Assembly: GCA_003554005.1 (NCBI GenBank) | Contig: PWEU01000042.1 | Span: forward strand, 1-43,605 | DNA from: Nitriliruptoraceae bacterium | GTDB lineage: Bacteria; Actinomycetota; Nitriliruptoria; Nitriliruptorales; Nitriliruptoraceae | DNA length: 43,605 bases | Reading direction: 5' to 3' | In this document: piece by piece, positions 27,130 through 35,709 of the stretch | How the letters are laid out: every line of letters starts with the position of its first letter | How positions within the stretch are numbered: position 1 is the stretch's first letter | Translations under genes and position numbers: made by a program | The notes under the pieces: generated by a model | Seen by the model: the letters and a program-made list of their open reading frames with translations, nothing else | Database searches by the model: none | Told to the model about the DNA's origin: nothing

Positions 27130-28715
27130 GTTGGCGTCGGTCCGCCGACGAGCCGCGCCGCACGCCGTGGCGGTGGCTCAGGGTGCGCGTGCCGGCGACC
27201 GCGATGGTCGTGTTCGCCGTCAGCCTCGCCGTGGCGGCGATCCTCGCCTACGAGCTGCTGCTCCAGGACGGCCGCTCCGACACCGAGGTCGTGCTCGCCC
27301 GGGAGCACGAGCGCTTCGAGCGATCGATCGCGGCGCTCCTGCTCGAGGCGCGCGACGACGAGCCGACCGCCGACGACCGAGCCGTGCTGGAGGAGGCGGT
27401 CCGCCGCTACCTGCAGCTGAACCCGAGCACCCCGTCCTACTGGACCATCGTCACCTTCGACGACGGGCTTCGGCTCGCCGCGAGCAACGGCCCGCCCGAG
27501 CTGGAGCCGCTGTTCGCCGCCCGCACCCTGCCGAGCGGAGCGTTGAACACGCGAGAGGTGATCGATACAGGCACCCCCGCCGGCGAGATCCTGACGTCCT
27601 CGGCACCCATCATCCTGGGCGACGAGCCGCTGGCGACGCTGCAGATCGTGGCCCCGATGGCTCCGGTCCGAGCCGAAGCCAGGGAGGCCGCGTACCTCGT
27701 GGCCGCGGCGGCGGGCGCGTCCCTGCTGGTCGGCGGGGGGCTGCTGGCAGCAACCCTGTGGCGGGCGCTCGCCCCCCTGGGAGATCTCGCCGCGACCGCA
27801 CGCTCCACCGAGCTCCGACGCCTGGACGCCCGGGTCGAGGAGCCCGACTCGGGCGACGAGGTGGCGCTGCTCGCCTCCGAGTTCAACGGGATGTTGGAGC
27901 GGCTCGCGGCGGCGACGCGTCAGCAGCAGGAGTTCCTCGCCAGCGTCGGACACGAGCTGCGCACCCCCATCACGATCGCGCGAGGCAACCTGGAGCTGCT
28001 GACCACCGTCGACCGCGACGATCCCGCCGCCGTGGCGGAGACCGTGGCCATCGTCCACGACGAGCTCGGCCGGATGGGACGGCTCGTCGAAGACCTGATG
28101 ACCTTCGCCCGCGTGCGCACCCCGGACTTCATCCGCCCCCGGGCGCTGGACCTGGTGTCCTGGTTCGAGGAGCTCGAGCTCAAGCTCCAGTCCACGCCGA
28201 TCGGTCGTCAGGTCCGGATCGTCCCACCGCCACCGGTGAACCTGCACGCCGATCCCGACCGGCTGACCCAGGCGGTGCTGAACCTGACGACCAACGCCGC
28301 CGTGCACAACCACGCGGACACGCCCATCCGGATCCGGGCGGTGCTCGACGCGCAGCACCAGCAGCTGCTGCTCGTGGTGGAGGACGAGGGCAGCGGCATC
28401 GACCCGGGGATCCTGGACGAGGTGTTCGCGCCCTTCGTCCGGGCCGGTGACGCCCGGGACTCGACCGGTCTGGGGCTCGCGGTGGTCCACGCCGTGGTGA
28501 CCGCGCACGGTGGTCGGATCGACGTCCGCTCCGAGCCCACCGGCACCGTGGTCACCATGACGCTGCCGTGCTCGGGGACCAGCGACGCCCCTGGAGCGAG
28601 CACGGACACCGCGGTGCTCCGGGTGGCCGAGCTGACGGCCGGATCGCCCCCCGCACAGCTACCGGCCACAGCCCAGGTCGCCTCGCGACGACACGACCGG
28701 CAGAACCGGAGCTGA
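27126..28715 (+). CDS. Sensor histidine kinase (two TM segments, HAMP, HisKA, HATPase_c)
   Basis: GTGA overlap with the response-regulator stop. H-box FLASVGHELRTPIT. N box NLTTNAAVHN. G boxes EDEGSGI and GLGLAVV. The ectodomain between the TM helices is about 190 aa. Confidence 0.9.
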   Translation: MSWRRSADEPRRTPWRWLRVRVPATAMVVFAVSLAVAAILAYELLLQDGRSDTEVVLAREHERFERSIAALLLEARDDEPTADDRAVLEEAVRRYLQLNPSTPSYWTIVTFDDGLRLAASNGPPELEPLFAARTLPSGALNTREVIDTGTPAGEILTSSAPIILGDEPLATLQIVAPMAPVRAEAREAAYLVAAAAGASLLVGGGLLAATLWRALAPLGDLAATARSTELRRLDARVEEPDSGDEVALLASEFNGMLERLAAATRQQQEFLASVGHELRTPITIARGNLELLTTVDRDDPAAVAETVAIVHDELGRMGRLVEDLMTFARVRTPDFIRPRALDLVSWFEELELKLQSTPIGRQVRIVPPPPVNLHADPDRLTQAVLNLTTNAAVHNHADTPIRIRAVLDAQHQQLLLVVEDEGSGIDPGILDEVFAPFVRAGDARDSTGLGLAVVHAVVTAHGGRIDVRSEPTGTVVTMTLPCSGTSDAPGASTDTAVLRVAELTAGSPPAQLPATAQVASRRHDRQNRS

Positions 28716-28716
28716 G

Positions 28717-29160
28717 ATGGACACGCCCCGTCGCTGGCAGGTCGCCAGCATCGCGACCGCGGTCGCCGGCCTCGGGCTCGGCAGCCTCCTGGTCGGGCGG
28801 TCACCGAGCGTGGAGGTGGCCCCGATCAACCTCGACACGGCTCTGGTCGCCGCCGCCGAGCAACGTCCGACGAGGGACCTGCTGCTGCCCGACCCGGTCG
28901 AGATCGTGACGCCCGAGATCCGGGAGGACCAGGTCGATCCGACGCCGACGGTGACCAGCGTGGAGAGCCCCGATCCAGTCCCCTCGCCGCCGTCCCGGAC
29001 GGAGCAGCCGGCGCGGTCCGGGCCCGCGCCCACAGCCCCCGTGGCCCCGCCCGACAGCAGCAGCTCCCCCGAGTCGATCGGCTCGGTCGACTCGACCGGC
29101 TCGGTCGACTCGACCGGCTCGGTCGATTCGGTCGACAGCGTCAGCTCCGTGAGCGACTGA
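28717..29160 (+). CDS. Membrane-anchored or exported Pro/Ser/Asp-rich protein (paralog P2) ending in SVDSVDSVSSVSD
   Basis: ATG is 1 nt after the kinase stop, with GGAG upstream. N-terminus MDTPRRWQVASIATAVAGLGLGSLLVG. (GSVDST)n repeats. High GC3. The tail and N-terminal RRW motif resemble P1. Confidence 0.6.
   Translation: MDTPRRWQVASIATAVAGLGLGSLLVGRSPSVEVAPINLDTALVAAAEQRPTRDLLLPDPVEIVTPEIREDQVDPTPTVTSVESPDPVPSPPSRTEQPARSGPAPTAPVAPPDSSSSPESIGSVDSTGSVDSTGSVDSVDSVSSVSD
29080..29133. repeat. Three 18-bp in-frame tandem repeats (ggctcggtcgactcgacc)
   Basis: Read directly at 29080, 29098 and 29116. They encode GSVDST units. Confidence 0.8.
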
Positions 29161-30271
29161 GCACCACCAGGTCGTCACGGTGTATCACCTCGCGGGCATA
29201 CCCGGTCCCGAGCGACTCCACCGCGACCGCGGTCGACCGGCCGGCCAGCCGGACCACGTCGGCGACGTCGTAGTTGCTCAGACCGCGCGCCACCACCTCG
29301 CCGTCCGGGTCGAGGACCTCGACCGCGTCCCCCACCCCGAACCGACCGTCGGCGCGGGTGACGCCGACCGCCAGGAGCGACACCCCGCGGGAGCGCAGCG
29401 CCACCGCGGCTCCGGCATCGACGTGGATCCGGCCGTGGACCCGCAGCGCATAGCCGATCCACAACCGCCGGGCCTCGACCCGGTGGGCAGCGGCGACGAA
29501 CCACGTGCCGACCTCCTCGCCGTCGAGGACCTCGCGCAGCACGTCGGGCCGGCGTGCGTCGGCGATCACCGTGTGCGCCGCCGAAGCGACGGCCACACGG
29601 GCCGATCCCACCTTCGTGCGCATCCCTCCCGACCCGACGTAGGACCCGACCCCACCGATGCGCTCGAGGTCGAGCTCCTCGACGTCGTCGACCCGCGGCA
29701 CCAGCTGCGCCACGGGATCGTGGGGGTCACGGTCGTACAACCCCGGCACGTCGGACAGCAGCGCGAGCAGGTCGCCGTCCAGCATCGAGGTGACCAGAGC
29801 GGCGAGGGGGTCGTTGTCGCCGTAGGACAGCTCGTCGGTGGCCACCGCGTCGTTCTCGTTGATGATCGGGACCGCACCGAGGTCGAGGAGGCGCTGCAGC
29901 GCCGTGCGAGCGTTCAGGTACCGGCCGCGATGGACGAAGTCGTCCTGGCTCAGCAGGATCTGGGCGGCGGTCAGACCGTGCCCGGTGAGGATGCGCTGGT
30001 AGGCGTGGATCAGCTCGCCCTGCCCCACCGCCGCAGCCGCCTGCAGGGTGGGTAGGTCCAGCGGCCGCCGTTCGAGGCCGAGGAGCCCCATGCCGGCCGC
30101 CACCGCACCGGAGGACACGAGCACGACACGGGTGCCGGCCGCGTGGGATGCGACGACCTGGTCGGCCAGACGGGCAACCTGTGCCTCGTCGAGGCGACCG
30201 TCGGTCCCGCGCAGGCTGGAGGATCCGCCCTTGACCACCGCCAACCGTGGGCGCGGGAAACGAGGCGTCAC
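29141..30271 (-). CDS. proB: Glutamate 5-kinase
   Basis: LAVVKGGSSSL, VLVSSGAVAAG, INENDAV, and a C-terminal PUA-like domain. The GTG start forms a GTGA overlap with the obgE stop. Confidence 0.93.
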   Translation of the reverse strand: MTPRFPRPRLAVVKGGSSSLRGTDGRLDEAQVARLADQVVASHAAGTRVVLVSSGAVAAGMGLLGLERRPLDLPTLQAAAAVGQGELIHAYQRILTGHGLTAAQILLSQDDFVHRGRYLNARTALQRLLDLGAVPIINENDAVATDELSYGDNDPLAALVTSMLDGDLLALLSDVPGLYDRDPHDPVAQLVPRVDDVEELDLERIGGVGSYVGSGGMRTKVGSARVAVASAAHTVIADARRPDVLREVLDGEEVGTWFVAAAHRVEARRLWIGYALRVHGRIHVDAGAAVALRSRGVSLLAVGVTRADGRFGVGDAVEVLDPDGEVVARGLSNYDVADVVRLAGRSTAVAVESLGTGYAREVIHRDDLVVLSRSRS

Positions 30272-31755
30272 GACGTGGCCCCTTCCTCGACGTCACCGTC
30301 CCCGGGGGCGGGCACGTCGAGCCCGTCCTGATCGTCCTGCTCGCCGGCCAGCAGGGCGGCTCGCTCGTCCGGGGGCAGGTCGTCCAGTTCGGGCTCGAAG
30401 GCGAACACCGCGCCGCCGATCACCACGTCGTCACCGGAACGCGCCCCGGCTCGGGCCAGCGCCCGGTCCACCCCGGCCCGTCGCATGCGGCCCTGGAGGT
30501 AGCGCACCGCACCGAGGTCCTCGAGCGGAAGCATCTGCACCCAGCGTTCCACCCGGCGACCGACCACGTGGAAGGCGCCGTCGTCGCCCCGCTGGACGGT
30601 GAAGTCGGGCCCTCCCGGAGCGAGCTGGATCAGCACCTCCTCGTCGACCGGTTCCTCACTGCGGAGCCCGACGCGTACCCGCTCCTCGGCCACGAGCCGG
30701 CCGAGCCGGAAGCGCAGCGGCTCCAGCCCGGCGCCGGTGAGCGCGGAGATCTCCAGCACGTCCTCGCCCTGAGCCTCCAGCCGCTCGCGGACCAGCTCCG
30801 CCATCGCCTGGCCGTCGGGGAGATCCAGCTTGTTGAGCACCACGACCTGCGGGCGATCCAGCAGCCCGGGGTCGTGCCGCGCGAGCTCACCGCGCAGGAC
30901 GGCGAGGTCCTCGACGGGGTCACGGTCGGGGTCGGTCGGGGCCGCGTCGAGGACGTGGAGCAGCACCAGGCAGCGCTCGATGTGGCGCAGGAACCGGGTC
31001 CCGAGCCCCTTCCCGTCGGCGGCGCCCTCGATCAGACCCGGGACGTCCGCGAGGACGACGTCGATCGGGGTGCCATCTGCGGTGTCGCCACCACGCATCA
31101 CCCCGAGGTGAGGGGTGAGGGTGGTGAAGGGCCAGGCCTCGATGCGGGGCCGCGCGGAGGACAACCGGGAGACCAGCGAGGACTTGCCCACCGAGGGGTA
31201 GCCGACCAGGCCGACGTCGGCGATCAGCTTCAGTTCCAGCAGCAGGGAGCGCTCGTCCACCCGTTCGCCACGCTCGCGGAAGCGGGGCAAGCGGCGGTGG
31301 CGGTTCATGAAGGCGGCGTTGCCGCGGCCGCCGCGCCCACCCTCGGCGCCCAGGGCCCGCTGCCCGTCCCGCACGAGGTCGGCGAGCACCGTACCGGTGT
31401 CGCGATCACGCACCACGGTGCCGACCGGCACCGCGATCACGTGGTCCCGCCCACGCTCACCGGTCCGCAGCATGCCGGCCCCGTGGCCGCCGTCCCCGCC
31501 CTGTCGGTGGGGGGAGCGGTGCAGGTCCAGCAGGGAGGTCACGTTGCGATCGGCGACCAGGACCACGTCCCCACCGGCACCACCATCGCCACCGTCGGGG
31601 CCACCCCGCGGCACGTGCTTCTCGCGGCGGAAGGACACCGAGCCATCACCGCCGTCACCGCCGCGCACGTGGATCGTGCACTCGTCGATGAAGCTGGCGG
31701 ACTCCACGGTCGGCTCCGGGTCGGGTGCTGGTGGTGACGAGACGAGGGCGGCCAC
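30268..31755 (-). CDS. obgE: GTPase Obg/CgtA
   Basis: Obg fold FIDECTIHVRGGDGGDGSVSFRREKH. G1 GYPSVGKSS, G3 DVPGLIEGA, G4 NKLD. The start is either GTG 31755 or GTG 31707. Confidence 0.93.
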   Translation of the reverse strand: MAALVSSPPAPDPEPTVESASFIDECTIHVRGGDGGDGSVSFRREKHVPRGGPDGGDGGAGGDVVLVADRNVTSLLDLHRSPHRQGGDGGHGAGMLRTGERGRDHVIAVPVGTVVRDRDTGTVLADLVRDGQRALGAEGGRGGRGNAAFMNRHRRLPRFRERGERVDERSLLLELKLIADVGLVGYPSVGKSSLVSRLSSARPRIEAWPFTTLTPHLGVMRGGDTADGTPIDVVLADVPGLIEGAADGKGLGTRFLRHIERCLVLLHVLDAAPTDPDRDPVEDLAVLRGELARHDPGLLDRPQVVVLNKLDLPDGQAMAELVRERLEAQGEDVLEISALTGAGLEPLRFRLGRLVAEERVRVGLRSEEPVDEEVLIQLAPGGPDFTVQRGDDGAFHVVGRRVERWVQMLPLEDLGAVRYLQGRMRRAGVDRALARAGARSGDDVVIGGAVFAFEPELDDLPPDERAALLAGEQDDQDGLDVPAPGDGDVEEGATS

Positions 31756-31791
31756 GGGGCCGCCCTCGGTCCAGTTCGGTCGTGGCGCCGG

Positions 31792-32049
31792 TCAGGCGTC
31801 GACCGGGTCCACGTTCGCGGTGGTCCGGGTGCGCGTCTTGTGGAAGCGAACGGAACCGTCGACGAGCGCGAACAGCGTGTCGTCGCCACCCCGTCCGACG
31901 TTGTCGCCGGGGTGGACCTTCGTCCCACGCTGGCGCACGATGATGCTGCCGGCGGAGACGGCTTCACCGCCGAAACGCTTCACGCCGAGTCGCTTGGCGT
32001 TGGAGTCGCGGCCGTTGTTGGAGGAGCCGCCACCCTTCTTGGTCGACAT
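31792..32049 (-). CDS. rpmA: 50S ribosomal protein L27
   Basis: [48 protein letters not shown]. 85 aa. Confidence 0.96.
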   Translation of the reverse strand: MSTKKGGGSSNNGRDSNAKRLGVKRFGGEAVSAGSIIVRQRGTKVHPGDNVGRGGDDTLFALVDGSVRFHKTRTRTTANVDPVDA

Positions 32050-32050
32050 G

Positions 32051-32353
32051 TCAGATCTCCTCGATCCGGATGATCGTGTGGTGCTGGCGGTGGCCGCGGC
32101 GCTTGCGCTGCCGCGACTTGTTCTTGTAGGTGAACACGCGCAGGTGCTGGCCGCGCTCATGACCGGTGATGGTGGCCGAGACACTGCGTCCGGCCAGTTC
32201 GCCGCCGGTGGTGACGGCCCCCGCGTCGTCCACGACCATCACGGGCCGAAGGTCCACGGAGTCGCCGATGTCGCCGACGAGCTTCTCGACGGTGAGCTGC
32301 TGGCCGGGCTCGACCCGGTACTGCTTCCCACCGGTGCTGATGACCGCGTACAC
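32051..32353 (-). CDS. rplU: 50S ribosomal protein L21
   Basis: [25 protein letters not shown]... 100 aa. The GTG at 32353 has AGGAG 7 nt upstream. Confidence 0.95.
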   Translation of the reverse strand: MYAVISTGGKQYRVEPGQQLTVEKLVGDIGDSVDLRPVMVVDDAGAVTTGGELAGRSVSATITGHERGQHLRVFTYKNKSRQRKRRGHRQHHTIIRIEEI

Positions 32354-32808
32354 GGCTGGCTCCTGTCGTTCCTCGGGCTCGTTCTCCCGCACCGTCCCCT
32401 GGGCCTGGCGCGTGACGCGCGACCGGTTGGGGTCCGCTCCCCGCGGGCGCTCCAGCGAGGTGCGGCGGAGGCGGACGCCGGCGATGGTGCGGTGTGCCAC
32501 GCTCGTGCGCAACATCGGGACTGGTCGTGGAACGAGGTGTTCGGGGCGCACACCGACCACAGCCGGTCCGGCGCCGAGCGGGGAAGGTACCGCCGCGGGG
32601 GCCGGGTGGTCAACCGCCGCGCAGCACCAGGCGCCCGACGCACGGGACCGGGGACGCGACCGAACGGTCCGTCCGCCGCCGCCCGACCGGTCGGGCACCC
32701 TGGGGACGGCGTCGCGGCGACTGCGGTGGACCGACGCCTCCGTCGCCGCGACACGCCGACCGTTCCGACTCCCCGACCGACGCGACGCCCCCGCTCACGG
32801 AGCAGACC

Positions 32809-33720
32809 GTGTCCTCGAACACCTGCAGCAGCTTGGCTCGGATCCACCACGAACCGCTGGCCGGGACGGCGGCCCAGGCCACCGGCTACCTCCTGATGGA
32901 GCAACCCGGCAGCTGGGGACGCCACGCGCTGACCGAGAGCGCCCTCGAACCGGGTCTCGGGGCCCGACTGGAGGCCGCCGGTGCCGCTGCCGGGGTGAAG
33001 GTGCTGCTGACCCGTCGACCCGGCCCCCACCCCGCCGCCGAACTGACGCGACGCGAGGTCGTCCTCGCCCGCACCGGCCCCGCCCCCTGGATGGAGGTGT
33101 GCCGTCTCACACCCGCGGAGCTGGGCGCCCTCGACCCCGCCGTCTGCGCCAGCCCCACGCCACCCAGGCTCGGTCCCACCACCACGCGACCGCGGTGGCT
33201 GGTGTGCACCCACGCCAAACGCGACCGGTGCTGCGCGAGCCTCGGCCGACCGGTCGCGGACACCCTGGGCGCCCTCCACCCCGATCAGACCTGGGAGACC
33301 AGCCACCTCGGCGGCCACCGGTTCGCCGGGACGATGCTCGTCCTGCCCGAAGGTCTGATGTACGGCGACCTCGACGTGGCGACGGCGATGGAGGTCGTCA
33401 CAGGCCACCTCGCCGGCCGGATCACCGTCGACCACCTGCGCGGGCGCTCCCACCTGAGCCCGCCGGCCCAGCTCGCCGAGGTCGCCGCCCGCCGCCACCT
33501 GGACCTCGACCGGATCGATGGCGTCGAGGTGACCGACCAGCCGCTGCAGGGACCCGAGCCCGACGGCGACCCGGTCCAGCTCGCGGTCGCTGCGGGCGGG
33601 CGCCAGGTCCAGGTGTCGATCCGGGCCCGTCGCGATCCCCGGCCACGTCCGATGTCCTGTGACGCCGAACCCGAGATGCCGGTGCTGCTCGAGGTGCTCG
33701 ACCTCGAGGTGGTGGGCTGA
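32809..33720 (+). CDS. Sucrase/ferredoxin-like (thioredoxin-like [2Fe-2S]) family protein
   Basis: WLVCTHAKRDRCCASLGRP and HLGGHRFAGTMLVLPEG motifs. The GTG at 32809 has GGAG upstream. The Arg-rich 5' extension of ORF 32494..33720 is rejected. Confidence 0.72.
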   Translation: MSSNTCSSLARIHHEPLAGTAAQATGYLLMEQPGSWGRHALTESALEPGLGARLEAAGAAAGVKVLLTRRPGPHPAAELTRREVVLARTGPAPWMEVCRLTPAELGALDPAVCASPTPPRLGPTTTRPRWLVCTHAKRDRCCASLGRPVADTLGALHPDQTWETSHLGGHRFAGTMLVLPEGLMYGDLDVATAMEVVTGHLAGRITVDHLRGRSHLSPPAQLAEVAARRHLDLDRIDGVEVTDQPLQGPEPDGDPVQLAVAAGGRQVQVSIRARRDPRPRPMSCDAEPEMPVLLEVLDLEVVG

Positions 33721-33777
33721 TCCCCGGGCGACGAGCGGACGCCCCCAGCCGACGGGCCGGCCGGTCGCCCGCGGCGC

Positions 33778-35544
33778 TCAGGCCCGCAGACCGTGCCAGG
33801 CCATGGCGGCCAGCGTGCGCGGGTCGAAGTCGACGGTCAGGTCAGCGAGCAACGGTGACAGCCGGTGCATCCGGCTGTGGGTGTGCAGCCAGGGTGGGGT
33901 GAGCGGGGGACGCCACGGGCCCCGGATCACCGTCTTCTCGACATCTTCGAGCAGGAAGGTGTTGTGGGCCGTCCCGCGGCCGGACTGGATGTCGGTCAGC
34001 TCGTTGCCGGCGTAGGCGCCCCAGGGCGGGGACACGAACACGAAGCCGATCCCGGCCCAGAGGTTGACGCCCACCGTGCCGTAGCGCAGCTGCTCCACGG
34101 CGCGTTCGACCGCCGCCGCCACCTCCGGGTCCGCCAACGAGCGGGGGGGGACCAGCAGGGTGGCCGACAGGTTGCCCCAGAGCTGCTCGTTGCACAGCTG
34201 CACGGCCTCGTCGATGAAGTCGGGCACCGACCGGGGCGCATCCAGGGCGGTCTCGCTGATCACCCCGCAGAAGGACTCGGTGGTGAACACCACGTCATCG
34301 GTCACCGACGGGTCGACGTCGGGGATCAGGGTGAAGGGCAACCCGCCCTCCACGGCCTCGCTCAGCTGCTCCGCCTGCCGGTGGGTGGAGACGAACAGCT
34401 CGTACCGCTCCTCGGCACCCGGGTAGTAGAACTCGCGCGGGGTCGCCCGCCGGAAGGAGTCTCGGACGGCATCCAGCAGGGCCCGACGCTTCGACCAGGC
34501 CCGGTGCTGGATGACGACGTCCCCGGCGACGCAGTTGAACCCGGCGTTGTTCACCAGCATCGAGGCGATGTGGTCACCCTGGAAGGCGAGGTCCTTCGCC
34601 GTCCAGGGCCCCGGGACCACGATCACCGGGCTGACGTCACCGAGCTCGGAGGTCATGGGCACATCGATCCGGGGACGGCCCTCGGCACGTCGCTGTCGTC
34701 CCTCCTCGCCGGTCCCGAACACGATCGCATCGTGGGTGCGGTCGGAGCCGGTGATGTGGATGGCGTCGATGTCGGCGTGCTCGGTGAGGTGGCGCCCGAC
34801 CTCCGCTCCGCCATGGACGATGCGCAGCAGGTCCGCGTCGATCAGCGGCGCGAAGGCCGCAGCGATATGCGGCCCGAGGTAGCCGTTCACCGGGTTCATC
34901 TTCAGCACCACGACCCGGTCGTCGGCGAACAGCTGGGAGAGCGCGTCCATCGGGCCGATCGAGGAGACGTTGCCCGCGCCGAGCACCACCGCGACCCCCG
35001 GGGCCCGCTCGTGGTCCGACCGGTAGCTGCGCCCCATCCGTGCCATGGCCTGGTCGAGGCTCACCCCGGGCTGGAGCCAGGCCTCGGCCGTGAGCCCGGT
35101 GTGGATCAGCCGATCGAGCCGGTCACCGGGCACCACGTCGACGACGACCCGGGCCCCCTCGGTCCGCATCGCCGGCGGTTGGGGGCGCCCGGTCTCCTGG
35201 AGGTCGGTGAGGGTGGTGTGGAGCAACTGCAGGTTCCGCAGGACGAAGTAGGGACCCGTACCCCAGTCCTCTCCGGCGAGGTGGCTGTCCGGCGCGATGC
35301 CCTTGGCGGCTGCGGCGCTGGCCGCCCAGCCGGCCCCGGCCGCGTGGGTGGTCCGTTGCAGCTCGGCGAGTAGGGCCAGGCGCTCGGGGATGCCGGTGGC
35401 ACACCACCTGGGGGCACCGGCGCGGAGCTCGGCGATCGCCGCATCCAGCTCAGCCGGGGTGGCCTCCCGGTCGGGTGTTCCCACCGTCACCGGCACGGCG
35501 TGTCGCCGGGATCCCTCCCCTGCGACGCTGGCGGTTCCGCTCAT
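33778..35544 (-). CDS. Aldehyde dehydrogenase superfamily protein (long, 588 aa)
   Basis: VLGAGNVSSIG, TSELGDVSP (ELGG-like) and NAGFNCVAGD (catalytic Cys context). ATG 35544 has GGGGAGG upstream. Confidence 0.82.
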   Translation of the reverse strand: MSGTASVAGEGSRRHAVPVTVGTPDREATPAELDAAIAELRAGAPRWCATGIPERLALLAELQRTTHAAGAGWAASAAAAKGIAPDSHLAGEDWGTGPYFVLRNLQLLHTTLTDLQETGRPQPPAMRTEGARVVVDVVPGDRLDRLIHTGLTAEAWLQPGVSLDQAMARMGRSYRSDHERAPGVAVVLGAGNVSSIGPMDALSQLFADDRVVVLKMNPVNGYLGPHIAAAFAPLIDADLLRIVHGGAEVGRHLTEHADIDAIHITGSDRTHDAIVFGTGEEGRQRRAEGRPRIDVPMTSELGDVSPVIVVPGPWTAKDLAFQGDHIASMLVNNAGFNCVAGDVVIQHRAWSKRRALLDAVRDSFRRATPREFYYPGAEERYELFVSTHRQAEQLSEAVEGGLPFTLIPDVDPSVTDDVVFTTESFCGVISETALDAPRSVPDFIDEAVQLCNEQLWGNLSATLLVPPRSLADPEVAAAVERAVEQLRYGTVGVNLWAGIGFVFVSPPWGAYAGNELTDIQSGRGTAHNTFLLEDVEKTVIRGPWRPPLTPPWLHTHSRMHRLSPLLADLTVDFDPRTLAAMAWHGLRA

Positions 35545-35709
35545 GGAGCACCTCCCCGACCCGTGGGGCGCGCCCGCGCGGTCCCCGGGGGCCCGCGCGG
35601 CACCACCCCTCTCATCGGGCCAGCGTAGGCCAGCTCGCCCCGCGAGCCGGCACCCACGGGCTCAGCCGTCACCCCCACGCCCCCGGTCCCGTCCGGCGGG
35701 GGTCGGAGC

